DNA from: a virus
Taxonomy: Duplodnaviria; Caudoviricetes
Reading direction: 5' to 3' (one strand)
Virus record (IMG/VR): IMGVR_UViG_3300048598_000525
Location: 1-46,837 of that record
DNA length: 46,837 bases
The translations under genes and the position numbers were made by a program. The notes beneath the pieces were generated by a model. That model was not told where the DNA came from and ran no database searches. It was given only the letters and a program-made list of their open reading frames with translations. Shown here in pieces: positions 33,397-44,196 of this stretch (the first letter of the stretch is position 1; every line of letters starts with the position of its first letter).

Positions 33397-36180
33397 ATGA
33401 CTGTTAGACTTGAATCCTTGCGTGTTCAGGCGGATATGGATGCGTCCGCTTATGTGCAGGGTGCCGCCGAAAAGGCTCAAGCCGATCAAAAAATGGTCGA
33501 TAGCGCCCAGGCGGTCGATGCGGCCGTACAGAAAACAGAACGCACAATCAGTCAAAGCACATCGGGTTTAGATAAAGTTCGCAACCAACTTGATAAATCG
33601 GCGAAGGCCGCCGCCGATTATGCGGTTGCTGTTTCTCGTATCAATACGGCTTATGAAAAAGGACGGATCACTGCGCCAGGGACAAGAGATGCTTTAAGTG
33701 GGCCAGCCGCCCAGGCGGAACGTGATCGGCTTTTGAAACTAGCAAAAGAACGCTATTCGCCCAGCAATCAAAATTCATTTGGCGGAAATTTTTCATATAC
33801 GGATGCCGAGATTTTGCGTTCTGGCGCAATCAACGTGGTGCAATCGCTTGGCGCTGGAATGGGTGTAGGTCGTACGCTTGAAACACAGTTTTTCCAAACC
33901 GCACCTGCGTTGCCCGCTTTGTTTTCTGCGATTGGTGGTGGTGCTATTGCGGCGACAACGGCAATAACAGTTTTGGCTGCGGCGATGGCGGTTATTGGTT
34001 ATCGAGCTGTCAGCATTCAAACGGAACTGCGCAAATTTAATGTTGCTCTGCTTGGTATGGGGCGTAACGGCGAAATGTCTGCTAATCAGCTTCATGGTTA
34101 TGTTGAGCTTATGCGGGACACCGGTTTTGATAAAGACGAAGCGATCACTTCGGCAATGCAAATTGCGCGTTCCAAAAATATCAATGGTCGTTTAGGCGGA
34201 CAAATTTCAGGGGCTATTTCGGATTTTGCGGCAGGAAGCGGACTAAGCACGGGAGATGCGACTAAATCCTTGGTTGATATTGCAACGAAGGGTTGGCCGG
34301 CCATCCAACAGTTAGACGAACAGTACAGATTTTTAACGACGGACGAATACGCGCACATTAAAGCTCTTGAAGAACAAGGTCGCCAAATGGAAGCGACTTC
34401 CGAGGCAATAGTTTCGTTGCAGCGTCGATTTAAAGACCTTTCCACTCTGAATCGTGGGGAAGTGGCACAATCATTTCATGATTTAGGACGTTCTTTCGAT
34501 AATTTTGTTGATCATGTCGCAAGTAGCGATGGATGGAAACATTTTATTGAAGGCTTTTCGGTCATGAGCCGATTTGTCATCGAGTCTTGGCAAGGTAGTT
34601 TGTTTGGTTACGATAGCTTAGGCAAAAAAACAAAAGATCAGTCGTCAGCGGAAGAGAATTCGGTTCAAGCAAAAAATGAAGCTGATCGTACTATCGCTGA
34701 AAAAATGCGCGTCGATTTCAACGAAGACCTTTCAAAAAAACAAGAGATTTATGGCGTTTCTCCCGGAAGCCGTTATTTAATTCAATCTCGACAAGAAGCG
34801 GAACACGATGCCTTAAACCAAAATATGGGGCCATCGCAAAAGCAAGCCTATGTTGAAGGTAAGGTTGGTCTTGCTCGCGCTGAACACGTCGGAGCGATCA
34901 GCGATCAAAATACAGAGCTGCAAAAGAATATCTCTTTAACGATGTCAGCCGCCCAAGCATACACGGAAAGTGCCGCGTCTGGCGTTCGCGCAGATATGCA
35001 GAAAACAGCCGCTTTGGATGCTTGGAAAACTGGCATAGATCAAGTCACGCACGCACAGCAATTATTATCGCAATGGGTTGCCCAAGCCGCGCTTTCAGGC
35101 GCGCAAAGCCTTAACACACTTCGTTTACAGGTGGCCGCAACACAGAATTCCGCTCGTGCAGCTGCGATAAGTGCCCAGGCGGAAGAAGAGGCAACGCTGC
35201 AAGAAAAAATTCGTCAAGCCACGCTTCAACAAACAACGGCAATGGAACTTGCCAGCGGCCAGCAAAAGGAAGAATTGGCGCAGCAAATCGCCGAAACGAC
35301 CCGTAACATTAGGTTGCAAGCGGCGGCAGAAAAAGAACTATCTCACAACCGCACCATGCGGGAAGGAACACGCGATCTTGGATATGCGAACGCTGAATTG
35401 AGTATTGCACAATCTGGTGCAAGCGACGGTGAAGTTCGAAAAATGCAGCTTCAACTTGAGCAAATGAAAAAGCTGGACGAATTGCGCGATAAGTATGGCT
35501 CAAATACGGGCATGATCAATGAGGAAATGGGGCTTTTCGTTCAAAAACAAAACGTTGACGAAATGACCCGGATGTTTAACGAGATCAAAGAACAGTCGAG
35601 GCAGGTTTCAAGCGAAATGGCTTCTTCCTTTATCAGCGGTTTTAAGGAGTCAGCAAATCAGGGCCACACCATTTACAAGAATGTTATGGCGGGGATTTTA
35701 AATATCGCCGAAGACGCTTCCGAGAAACTTGCCAAAATGCTTCTTGAAAAAGCGATCTTTGATCCTATTGCATCGGGGCTTGTTAGTAGCTTGCCAAGCA
35801 TGTTTGGTATCGCTTCGTCAGCTTCTTCAAGTAGCACAAGCAGCAGTACGTCGAGCGGTTTATTTAGTGGTTTTTTCAGTGCATTGGGATTTCGTGCCGG
35901 TGGTGGCGAAACCTATGCCGGCAACCCATATGTTGTTGGTGAAAATGGCAAAGAGCTTTTTATCCCAAAAACAAATGGCACAATCGTTTCAAACAGCAAT
36001 TTAGCTCAAAGTACCTCATCAAGTCCGAATTTTAATTTTGACGTCAAGGTGAATGGGGCGGCTGCGGGTAATCCCAAACTAGCCCAACAATCGGGCAACG
36101 CTTTTGCCAGAGCAGCAAAGGCCGAGATTATCAACATTTTGCAGGAACAGCAGCGTTTCGGCGGCGTTCTTTATCGGTAA
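33397..36180 (+). CDS. Tail tape measure protein
   Basis: 927 aa, Ala/Gln-rich helical; C-terminal RAGGG...YVVGENGKELF. Confidence 0.92.
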   Translation: MTVRLESLRVQADMDASAYVQGAAEKAQADQKMVDSAQAVDAAVQKTERTISQSTSGLDKVRNQLDKSAKAAADYAVAVSRINTAYEKGRITAPGTRDALSGPAAQAERDRLLKLAKERYSPSNQNSFGGNFSYTDAEILRSGAINVVQSLGAGMGVGRTLETQFFQTAPALPALFSAIGGGAIAATTAITVLAAAMAVIGYRAVSIQTELRKFNVALLGMGRNGEMSANQLHGYVELMRDTGFDKDEAITSAMQIARSKNINGRLGGQISGAISDFAAGSGLSTGDATKSLVDIATKGWPAIQQLDEQYRFLTTDEYAHIKALEEQGRQMEATSEAIVSLQRRFKDLSTLNRGEVAQSFHDLGRSFDNFVDHVASSDGWKHFIEGFSVMSRFVIESWQGSLFGYDSLGKKTKDQSSAEENSVQAKNEADRTIAEKMRVDFNEDLSKKQEIYGVSPGSRYLIQSRQEAEHDALNQNMGPSQKQAYVEGKVGLARAEHVGAISDQNTELQKNISLTMSAAQAYTESAASGVRADMQKTAALDAWKTGIDQVTHAQQLLSQWVAQAALSGAQSLNTLRLQVAATQNSARAAAISAQAEEEATLQEKIRQATLQQTTAMELASGQQKEELAQQIAETTRNIRLQAAAEKELSHNRTMREGTRDLGYANAELSIAQSGASDGEVRKMQLQLEQMKKLDELRDKYGSNTGMINEEMGLFVQKQNVDEMTRMFNEIKEQSRQVSSEMASSFISGFKESANQGHTIYKNVMAGILNIAEDASEKLAKMLLEKAIFDPIASGLVSSLPSMFGIASSASSSSTSSSTSSGLFSGFFSALGFRAGGGETYAGNPYVVGENGKELFIPKTNGTIVSNSNLAQSTSSSPNFNFDVKVNGAAAGNPKLAQQSGNAFARAAKAEIINILQEQQRFGGVLYR

Positions 36181-36183
36181 ATC

Positions 36184-36534
36184 ATGACAATTTCGACATT
36201 TTCACCACCCCGTGCACCAAGTCCGGGGTCAAAAAAGACGCCTGAATTCAAGAAAAAAAGTTTTGGCGATGGTGATGATTACGTCCAAGAAGCACCGGAT
36301 GGCATCAACCCAATCGTGTGGGTTTGGGATCTTACTTGGGACATGCTTTCGGTAAGTGACGCCCAGGCGATAGAAGATTTTATGAAAACGGTTGGGACGT
36401 GGACGCCGTTTTACTACACGGTGCCGAACGACATTCAAAGAAAATACAAGATTAAGAGCTTTGTTCGAGCCTCATCAGACTCCGGTGTCGCCGAAACTGT
36501 CACTATGACGATCCGCGAGACGCATAACCCATGA
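36184..36534 (+). CDS. Distal tail protein (lambda gpM-like)
   Basis: FGDG..Y.Q..PDGIN, W.LTW, PFYYT. Confidence 0.8.
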   Translation: MTISTFSPPRAPSPGSKKTPEFKKKSFGDGDDYVQEAPDGINPIVWVWDLTWDMLSVSDAQAIEDFMKTVGTWTPFYYTVPNDIQRKYKIKSFVRASSDSGVAETVTMTIRETHNP

Positions 36535-37256
36535 CAACCACAAACGCTTATTTAGCCGAGACCCAACAAAAGTTGGATGTCGGTGAAGCATTCGTTTGGC
36601 TTTACAGTCTTGACGTTTCGTCAAAAGGCGCCGGAATTCTCTATTGGACGCCGGATAAGCCAAAGGACGGATCCGGTTTAATTACATGGCAGGGAAACGC
36701 TTACACGTCTGTCGACATCGAGGCGTCAGGTTTTGAGAAAACGACATCCGGCACTCTGCCACGCCCTCAATTATCGATCGGAAACGCCGATAACCTTGTT
36801 GGTGCATTACTTTCACAATATGGCGACGTCAAGGGATGTCAGGTCACACGAACGAAGGTTCTTTATAGCTGCCTTGATGGTCAAGCGAACGCCGATGCAA
36901 CGGCGGAATGGCCAACGGACATTTTTCGAGTTGAACGGAAAATATCCCAAAACAAAAACAAGGTTGTTATCGAGCTTGCGCCAGCAACGGACAACATGGG
37001 CGCAAAGGTGCCGGGCCGTCCCATATTGAGGGATGTCTGCACACACATTTATAGAACGTATGACGGGTCTTCGTTCAATTACACCTGCGCGACATGCCCA
37101 TACGCCGGAACAAGTTATTTCAATTCTTTGGGCGCTGTTTGCTCAATCGCTAGTGATGTTTGCGGAAAGCGCTTGTCGGATTGCAAATTGCGGTTTGGAT
37201 CCGATCCGCTTCCTTTTGCCGGTTTCCCCGGTGTCGATAAAGTAAGGACATCTTAA
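36531..37256 (+). CDS. Minor tail protein L-like
   Basis: GFE...G.LPRP.L, C...Y, C.Y.G, DVCGKRLSDCKLRFG, LPF.GFPG. Confidence 0.9.
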   Translation: MTTTNAYLAETQQKLDVGEAFVWLYSLDVSSKGAGILYWTPDKPKDGSGLITWQGNAYTSVDIEASGFEKTTSGTLPRPQLSIGNADNLVGALLSQYGDVKGCQVTRTKVLYSCLDGQANADATAEWPTDIFRVERKISQNKNKVVIELAPATDNMGAKVPGRPILRDVCTHIYRTYDGSSFNYTCATCPYAGTSYFNSLGAVCSIASDVCGKRLSDCKLRFGSDPLPFAGFPGVDKVRTS

Positions 37257-37257
37257 A

Positions 37258-37983
37258 ATGACATTTCAAAAAGCGGATTTCTCCGCCGAGATCATCTCGG
37301 CGGCAAAGGCTCATGCTGTCTCTTGTTATCCAAATGAAAGTTGTGGGCTTGTTGTTTCGGGCGCTTATGTGCCCTGTGAAAACACGGCAACCGATCCAAC
37401 AAATAACTTTAAAATAGATGCTGAAAAAGTAGTCGATGCCGGAGAAAACCTTGAAGCGGTAATTCATAGCCACCCTGATGGTGTCGCATGGCCCCGAAAA
37501 GCGGATATGCAATCGCAAATTGACACTGGCGTGATTTTTGGTGTCATTCCCTGCAATAAACTCGAAGCATTTGATCCTGTGTTTTGGGGCGACTATAGGC
37601 TTGAGGAACCACTAATCGGGCGTTCTTTTGTGCCTGGCGTTTCTGACTGTTACTCGCTCATTCGCGCTTATTATTGGCAAGTCAAAGGGATCAAACTTCC
37701 TGATTTCGCCCGCGATGAAGAATGGTGGAACCAAGGCGAGGATATTTACCGCGCTAACTTTAGCGCCGCTGGGTTTTCAATCATCGATGCCGCCGACGCT
37801 AAGTCCGGCGACGTGTTTCTTGGCATGGTCAATTCGTCCGTCCCAAATCATGGGGGCATTCTGTTCGATGATCGTGGTTTGGGACTGCATCATCTCGCCA
37901 ATAGGTTAAGCCGACGCGAAAGCATCTTGCCGTGGCGGCGGTTTATAACGCTTTGGCTGCGTTATTCAAAAACAGCGGAATAA
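37258..37983 (+). CDS. Tail assembly protein K-like (JAB + NlpC/P60)
   Basis: YPNESCGL, HSHPD, DCYSLIR, NHGGI, LHH. Confidence 0.9.
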   Translation: MTFQKADFSAEIISAAKAHAVSCYPNESCGLVVSGAYVPCENTATDPTNNFKIDAEKVVDAGENLEAVIHSHPDGVAWPRKADMQSQIDTGVIFGVIPCNKLEAFDPVFWGDYRLEEPLIGRSFVPGVSDCYSLIRAYYWQVKGIKLPDFARDEEWWNQGEDIYRANFSAAGFSIIDAADAKSGDVFLGMVNSSVPNHGGILFDDRGLGLHHLANRLSRRESILPWRRFITLWLRYSKTAE

Positions 37984-37987
37984 GCAA

Positions 37988-38617
37988 ATGGCATCCGTTG
38001 TTTTACATGGCGACCTCAAAAGGTTTGGCGGCCCATTTAATCTTGACGTTAAGACGCCGTCCGAAGCTGTACGCGCTTTGTGCATACAGCTGAAGGGATT
38101 TCGCAAAAGACTTGGTGCCGGGCAATTCAAAATTATCCGCAAATCTAAAGGCAGCAAAGGAAGATTCCTAACCGAAGACACTTTAACAATGGGGATTGCG
38201 CCTTGGCACGAGATCCACATAACGCCAGTTGTTTCCGGCAGTAAAGGCGGTGGAGGAAAAGCCCTGATTGGTTTGGCGGTAGTTGCTGCGGCTTTCACTT
38301 TTGGCGCCGGCGCATTTATCGCGGCGGGCGATATGTCTCTTGCTGCGACCGGAATGGCGACAGAAGCATTTAGTGTTGCTGGATACGGCGTTTCTTTCTC
38401 TCAAATTGCTGGGTTTGGCGCGGCCATGATTTTTATGGGCGTTGCTCAAATGCTTTCACAAACAAGAAAAACATCGGCGGCGGACACAAACGCCAGCTTT
38501 TTGTTTAGTGGCCCCGCCAATGTAACGACACAAGGCGTTTCGGTTCCGCCTGTATATGGCGAATTTATTTGTTCGTCCGTTGTTATTTCATCCGAACTTA
38601 CGGCAGAGAATATTTAA
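37988..38617 (+). CDS. Tail assembly protein I-like
   Basis: EAVRAL, IHITPVVSG, FSGPAN..QG..VP.VYGE. Confidence 0.88.
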   Translation: MASVVLHGDLKRFGGPFNLDVKTPSEAVRALCIQLKGFRKRLGAGQFKIIRKSKGSKGRFLTEDTLTMGIAPWHEIHITPVVSGSKGGGGKALIGLAVVAAAFTFGAGAFIAAGDMSLAATGMATEAFSVAGYGVSFSQIAGFGAAMIFMGVAQMLSQTRKTSAADTNASFLFSGPANVTTQGVSVPPVYGEFICSSVVISSELTAENI

Positions 38618-38618
38618 A

Positions 38619-41600
38619 ATGGAATTGATTAGGGAGATCACGGGTTCCGGCGGCGGGAAATCCGGCGGTAGCTCGCGCGTGGCGCAAGAAGACGCCAATA
38701 CGCTTCGATCAAATTCTTATGCGCGTGTTTTGGATGTGATCAGTGAAGGCCCGATTGTCGGCCTCGTAAATGGCGCTCAAAGCATCTATTTTAACGACAC
38801 CCAACTTCAAAATGCTGATGGGACATACAATTTTGCATCTTACGATAGCAATGGAAACACGGAGCAATATGTTTCCAGCGTTTCGTGGGAACAGCGGACA
38901 GGTTTACCAGACCAAGATTATATGTCCGGCTTTACGGACTCGGCGTCGACCGCAACGGTTAATGTTGAGGTTAAAAAAGCAACAGCCATCACGCGCACCT
39001 ATTCAGGCCCGATCGATGCTGTGCGCGTCACGATCAGCATTCCAGCTCTGACATATCAAGATACGTCGACGGGAGATTTGCACGGAAGCTCTGTTTCTTT
39101 GCAATTCTTCAAACGTGCAACGGGCACCCAAACGTGGATCGATGCTGGAACGGCGACGATTAGTGGAAAATGCGTTGCAACCTATCAGTTTTCCAAACGC
39201 ATTGAACTTGGCGGTTCCACCGATTGGGACATAAAGGTTGTTCGCCTGACCGATGATAGCACAGTTAGCAGTGTTCAAAATCATACATGGTGGGCGACGA
39301 CATCGCTTTTAACCGACGGAAAATTTATTTATCCAAATACGGCTTATGTTGGTCTTGCGGCTGATGCCGAATATTTTGGATCCACGATCCCGACCCGTGC
39401 CTATAAGGTCAAAGGTCTGATTGTTCAAGTGCCGTCAAATTATGATCCGACGACGCGAACCTATACCGGGACTTGGGACGGAACATTTAAAACAGCTTGG
39501 ACGAATAATCCGGCGTGGGTTCTTTACGACATTCTGACCAATGCGCGCTATGGACTTGGGAGGTATCTAAAAGCTGTTCAGGTTGATAAGTGGACGCTTT
39601 ACAGCATTGCGCAATATTGCGATGAGCTGGTCGATGATGGCTTTGGCGGACAAGAGCCAAGATTTACTTTTAATTATCAAATTACCGACACGGCCGATGC
39701 GTACAAGGTCGTTCAATCCATTGCGTCTTGCTTCCGTGGGTTGACCTATTGGGCAGCTGGGCAAATCTTTTTCTTTGCCGATATGCCGTCCGATCCCGTC
39801 AAGTTATTTGGCCCGGCAAACGTCAAAGACGGCCTGTTTACATACGAGGGGACGGCTTATAGCGCCCAGCATTCAGTCGCACTTGTAACCTGGTTTGATC
39901 CTGATGATATGTGTCGTCAGTCGATTGAGCTTGTTGAGGATCCGGAGCTTATTGCTCAATTTGGATGGCGTACGACCGACATTGCGGCATATGGCTGCAC
40001 GTCTCGCGGTCAAGCTCATAGGTTAGGCAAATGGGTTCTTGATACTGAAAAGTATGCGCAAGAAACTGTTAACTTTGAGGTGGCTTGGGATCAGCTAGAT
40101 CTTGCGCCCGGCGACATCATCGAGATTTACGACCCAGATTATCAAGGGTTGCGCTTGTTTGGGCGCATGCTCGATGTTGGGGCGAATTCTGTTGCGATCG
40201 ATAATCCCGTTACAATTGAAAGCGGAAAAACATATACGCTTACTTTGATGTTAAAGGATGGGTCGGTTGCGACGCGCACCTTAAACAACGGATCCGGTAG
40301 CACGACCGTTTTGACGTTTGCGAATGCTTTAACAACTTTGCCGATCGTTGGGGCGGTTTGGGGGCTCAAAGTAAGTGACTTAAAGCCTCGTGAATTTCGT
40401 GTGCTTTCAATCAAAGAAGGGGATGATGGCTTTTTTACTGTGTCGGCTCTTTTCCATGACCCGACTAAATATGCGCGCGTAGAAAGCAATATCAAACTCG
40501 CGGCCCCGACATACACGCGCTACACGTCAATCAAGCCAAATCCTCCGACAGCCCTTGTCATTAAGGAATACGTTTATCGATATAATGCAGCGCTTAAATC
40601 GGCGGCGACGCTTACTTGGACGCCGCCGGCCGACACGACAATGGTGTCGTCTTATAAGTTCCAGCGCCAGCGTGCCGACGGGAATTGGGAAACGTGGACG
40701 ACGTCAAATACGACGATCGATCTTTCTGATTGTGATGCCGGCGATTGGAACTTTCGTGTTTGCAGTATCGGCTATAACGGACTTGCAAGCGATTGGTTTT
40801 CAAAGACCGTTACGCTTTATGGCATGGCGGCCGCGCCGTCTGATGTTTCAAATTTCAGAATGTCGGTTCTTGGCGACATTGCAACCTTGTTTTGGGACGC
40901 CAACACAGATTTAGATCTGTCTTATTATCATATCAAATATGCCCCAGTAACCACAGGGGCAACATGGTCGACGGCCGTTGATTTGTTGCCGAATGTCACG
41001 GGTACGTCCGTTCAGGTCGCAACCATGATCGGCACCTATCTAATTAAGGCGGTCGATCTATCCGGCACAGAAAGCGATAACGCGACAATGGTTGTCACGA
41101 CCGTTGCGTCATTGTCCGGTTTCAATGCTGTGTCAGCCGTCAGTGATTGGCCCAGCTGGGGAGGAACGCACAGCGGCACAGAGGTCAATAGTGGGGTGCT
41201 AAAACTTGCTGCGGCCGACACAAGCGGAACATACACGTTCGCAAACACTACCGATTTGGGTGATATTTACACGTCTCGTTTATCGGCAACGATTGACGCC
41301 TATGGCGAAAATGTCGGTAACACATGGGCGTCTGTAACGTCATGGGACGCTTTGGCGGCATGGTCTGATGTGTCCCCTTCGACATGGTCAGCAACAGTTC
41401 AGCTTCGTTACACCACCGACAATCCGGCAGGAAATCCAACATGGACTAATTGGACGGATTTAATCGTTGGGGACTATACGGCGCGCGCTTTTCAGTTTCG
41501 GGTCATTCTTACAAGCACCGATGGAAACGTGATTGTTGTGGTCGCTGACGTAACCGCAACGATCGATATGCCGGATCGGCGTGAAAGCGTAAGCGGTATA

Positions 41601-41819
41601 GTTGCCCCAACAACCGGCAAAGCAATCGTTTTCTCGCCTTCGTTCCGTGGAATTCCGGCCGTTGGCATTACCGTTCAAAATTCGCAATCGGGCGACACGT
41701 TTCAATATTCGTCGGGCCCTTCGGTGTCGGGTTTCACAATCAAGTTTTTAGATAAGAATGGAACGGGAGTTTCCAGAACATTTGATTACATCGCCGATGG
41801 GTTCGGCAGAGCAAATTGA
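38619..41819 (+). CDS. Central tail tip / host-specificity protein J-like with FN3 domains
   Basis: GSGGGK, ISEGPI.GL, YPNTA, WDGTFK.AWTNNPAW, EPRFT, GCTSRGQAHR. Confidence 0.93.
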   Translation: MELIREITGSGGGKSGGSSRVAQEDANTLRSNSYARVLDVISEGPIVGLVNGAQSIYFNDTQLQNADGTYNFASYDSNGNTEQYVSSVSWEQRTGLPDQDYMSGFTDSASTATVNVEVKKATAITRTYSGPIDAVRVTISIPALTYQDTSTGDLHGSSVSLQFFKRATGTQTWIDAGTATISGKCVATYQFSKRIELGGSTDWDIKVVRLTDDSTVSSVQNHTWWATTSLLTDGKFIYPNTAYVGLAADAEYFGSTIPTRAYKVKGLIVQVPSNYDPTTRTYTGTWDGTFKTAWTNNPAWVLYDILTNARYGLGRYLKAVQVDKWTLYSIAQYCDELVDDGFGGQEPRFTFNYQITDTADAYKVVQSIASCFRGLTYWAAGQIFFFADMPSDPVKLFGPANVKDGLFTYEGTAYSAQHSVALVTWFDPDDMCRQSIELVEDPELIAQFGWRTTDIAAYGCTSRGQAHRLGKWVLDTEKYAQETVNFEVAWDQLDLAPGDIIEIYDPDYQGLRLFGRMLDVGANSVAIDNPVTIESGKTYTLTLMLKDGSVATRTLNNGSGSTTVLTFANALTTLPIVGAVWGLKVSDLKPREFRVLSIKEGDDGFFTVSALFHDPTKYARVESNIKLAAPTYTRYTSIKPNPPTALVIKEYVYRYNAALKSAATLTWTPPADTTMVSSYKFQRQRADGNWETWTTSNTTIDLSDCDAGDWNFRVCSIGYNGLASDWFSKTVTLYGMAAAPSDVSNFRMSVLGDIATLFWDANTDLDLSYYHIKYAPVTTGATWSTAVDLLPNVTGTSVQVATMIGTYLIKAVDLSGTESDNATMVVTTVASLSGFNAVSAVSDWPSWGGTHSGTEVNSGVLKLAAADTSGTYTFANTTDLGDIYTSRLSATIDAYGENVGNTWASVTSWDALAAWSDVSPSTWSATVQLRYTTDNPAGNPTWTNWTDLIVGDYTARAFQFRVILTSTDGNVIVVVADVTATIDMPDRRESVSGIVAPTTGKAIVFSPSFRGIPAVGITVQNSQSGDTFQYSSGPSVSGFTIKFLDKNGTGVSRTFDYIADGFGRAN

Positions 41820-41827
41820 GGTAAAGA

Positions 41828-42817
41828 ATGTCACAAAATATTCAAACACAAACGACTAGCGATAAACCGGCTGAATGGCCGTCCGTGTGGAATTCTTTTC
41901 TTGATGCCTATCTGACAAATAACAGCGGAACGTCACGCCCCAGCAAAGCGGAGGCCGGAACATCTTGGCTTTGCACGTCAAACAACACGGTCTATTATTA
42001 TGACGGCGCGAGCGATATTGCTCTTTATACGATCGATGCGACGAACCATTTGCTTTTGTCTCCGATCGGTGGCGGTGTTTCAACGTTGAATAGCGCGGCA
42101 ACGGTTGACATTGGCAGTGTGGCGCATTCCGCAATTACAGTCAGCGGAACGACGACGATCACGAGTTTTGGCACTTCGATGAAGCCTGGTCAAGTGAAGG
42201 TTTTAACTTTTACTGGCGCGTTGACTTTAACAAACAGCGACAGTTTGATCTTGCCTGGGGCTGCCAACATCACAACAACCGCCGGCGATGTCTCGTGGAT
42301 CCTTTGCACGGCAAGCGGTTATTATCGGTGTGTGTGCTTTCAGCCGGTTTCTGGCGGCATGAGCGCAACGCAGGTCAACAACCTCATCACTTCGGCGCTT
42401 TCAAGTTATGCAACCGCCGCCGCACTTACGAGCGAAGCCAATACGCGCGCTTCGGCCGACAGCACTTTATCAACCGCTATTTCTAACGAGGCAAGTACAC
42501 GCGCTTCGGCCATTTCGACTTTGCAAAGCCAAATGTCCAATCTTTCATATGTCTCTAAAGACCAAAATTACGGAAATGTCGGGAGCTTTTGTTTTTGTAT
42601 TTATTTTTCTGCTGACACCTTCGGTGAAGGAACGGCTTGTGCTGGATCAAATTTATATCCAACTGGGGTTTTTCTATCTGGTGGAATGGGAGGAAACACA
42701 TATTCAAAATGGTATTATTCCGGAAATTCATTGTCCGGAACATGGCGGTGTCTTGGTTACGTTAACGCGTGTCAGGGTTGGTCATGCACCGCAACTCTCT
42801 TTCAAAGGATAGCTTAA
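41828..42817 (+). CDS. Tail fibre / receptor-binding protein
   Basis: NSGTSRPS N-terminus, TITSFG, E..TRASA coiled repeats, C-terminal GTWRCLG...LFQRIA. Confidence 0.78.
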   Translation: MSQNIQTQTTSDKPAEWPSVWNSFLDAYLTNNSGTSRPSKAEAGTSWLCTSNNTVYYYDGASDIALYTIDATNHLLLSPIGGGVSTLNSAATVDIGSVAHSAITVSGTTTITSFGTSMKPGQVKVLTFTGALTLTNSDSLILPGAANITTTAGDVSWILCTASGYYRCVCFQPVSGGMSATQVNNLITSALSSYATAAALTSEANTRASADSTLSTAISNEASTRASAISTLQSQMSNLSYVSKDQNYGNVGSFCFCIYFSADTFGEGTACAGSNLYPTGVFLSGGMGGNTYSKWYYSGNSLSGTWRCLGYVNACQGWSCTATLFQRIA

Positions 42818-42818
42818 A

Positions 42819-43043
42819 ATGATGACTTATACAGACGTAAAGACAGCCCAATATGCAAATGCCGAAGGCACTGCGATCAACTGTTTTGTCAAGTTTGCAG
42901 CATTTCCTGACTATGTGCCTTTCACAGCATCGAAAACAGACGTCGAAGAACACGGAAGACAGATATATGACGAATTGATTTCTGGGGGGCACGGAACCAT
43001 CTCGGCTTACGTTGCTCCTTCTACCGAAACGACATCAACATAA
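42819..43043 (+). CDS. Tail fibre-associated assembly protein
   Basis: VPFTAS..DVEEHGRQIY motif following the fibre gene. Confidence 0.7.
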   Translation: MMTYTDVKTAQYANAEGTAINCFVKFAAFPDYVPFTASKTDVEEHGRQIYDELISGGHGTISAYVAPSTETTST

Positions 43044-43054
43044 AGGACAAAAAT

Positions 43055-43420
43055 ATGACCGTAAGAGAAAACGTCATTAACCTGACGGAAGTCATTCCAA
43101 TAACAATTGCTTCTGGAAATTCTCTGTCCAATGCCGTTGATCTCGGCGGATTGCGCCTTTTTGGTATTTTTATGCCATCAGTTTGGACAGCGGCGAACCT
43201 AACTCTTCAAATGTCGCCTGATGGTGGCACAACGTGGGTCAATCTATACGATATTTATGGCAACGAGGTAACTGTTATCGCGGCATCTTCAAAAGCAATT
43301 GTGCTTGATCCTGTTACATACGCGAGCTTGCGATATCTTCGTGTGAGATCGGGAACGTCTTCTACACCCGTCGCCCAAGCCCAAGACAGCACGCTACAGC
43401 TTGTCACAAGATGTATTTAA
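43055..43420 (+). CDS. Hypothetical beta-rich structural protein
   Basis: TIASG.SLS.AVDLG, WTAA.LT.Q.S.DG, RVRSGT; AGGA RBS. Confidence 0.6.
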   Translation: MTVRENVINLTEVIPITIASGNSLSNAVDLGGLRLFGIFMPSVWTAANLTLQMSPDGGTTWVNLYDIYGNEVTVIAASSKAIVLDPVTYASLRYLRVRSGTSSTPVAQAQDSTLQLVTRCI

Positions 43421-43436
43421 CTTGTTGGGTAATCCA

Positions 43437-43685
43437 ATGACCGAAAATCAATTTAATCAGGAAACGAGCATGCCAAACGATCCAGCAGGAAACTTTTATC
43501 TTCTTCTCGGCCGCATTGAAGGAAAGATCGATGCTTTAATGACTTGGCGTGCGGAAAATGCGCGTGTTCTTGAAGGGCATGAAAAGCGTATCAGCATATT
43601 AGAACAAGGAAAGGCAAGAATCCTTGGTGCCGTCGGAGTTATCGTCATTGGCATAGAGATATTGGGTCGTTTGTTTCATTTGTGA
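43437..43685 (+). CDS. Holin-like coiled-coil + TM protein
   Basis: LGRIEGKID...HEKRI..LE followed by a TM helix; precedes the endolysin. Confidence 0.55.
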   Translation: MTENQFNQETSMPNDPAGNFYLLLGRIEGKIDALMTWRAENARVLEGHEKRISILEQGKARILGAVGVIVIGIEILGRLFHL

Positions 43686-43709
43686 CAAACGGTTTTATCG
43701 TTTTCGCAT

Positions 43710-43733
43710 AAGGCGCCTATGGCGCCTTTTTTT
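43710..43733 (+). terminator. Intrinsic terminator
   Basis: AAGGCGCC-TAT-GGCGCCTT followed by a T run. Confidence 0.7.
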
Positions 43734-43758
43734 ATGCCTAAATTTAGGAGAAGCATTG

Positions 43759-44196
43759 ATGGTCAATCAAGCTACGGTCGATCTAGTTAAGCAGTTCGAG
43801 GGGCTTTACACAAAATCATATCTTTGCCCGGCTAAGATTTGGACATTGGGATACGGCCACACCGACGGTATCGGCCCGGATATGACCTGCACGCAGGATC
43901 AGGCTGATGCCTGGCTTGCCGATGATCTAGCGAAAGCCGAACAATCTGTTGGGGCTCTGGTCACTGTGTCTTTGACGGACAATCAGCGCGGGGCGTTGAC
44001 AAGTTTTGTTTTCAATGTCGGTGCCGGCAATTTGCAGCGATCAACGCTTTTAAAGCTTCTCAATCGCGGATGGTACGAACAGGTTCCGGCACAGCTGATG
44101 AGGTGGAACCGCGCAAACGGCGAAGTGCTTGGCGGGCTTTCCCGCCGGCGCGCGGCCGAGGGAAAATTGTGGAATACAGCGGAGGGATGGGCATGA
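43759..44196 (+). CDS. Endolysin (GH24 lysozyme)
   Basis: FEG....Y.CPA..WT.GYGHT, ALTSFVFNVG, GL.RRR.AE. Confidence 0.93.
   Translation: MVNQATVDLVKQFEGLYTKSYLCPAKIWTLGYGHTDGIGPDMTCTQDQADAWLADDLAKAEQSVGALVTVSLTDNQRGALTSFVFNVGAGNLQRSTLLKLLNRGWYEQVPAQLMRWNRANGEVLGGLSRRRAAEGKLWNTAEGWA

Noticed and set aside
41828-42817. Diversity-generating retroelement or invertible tail-fibre cassette
   Set aside because: No reverse transcriptase, template-repeat copy or invertase seen in the window.
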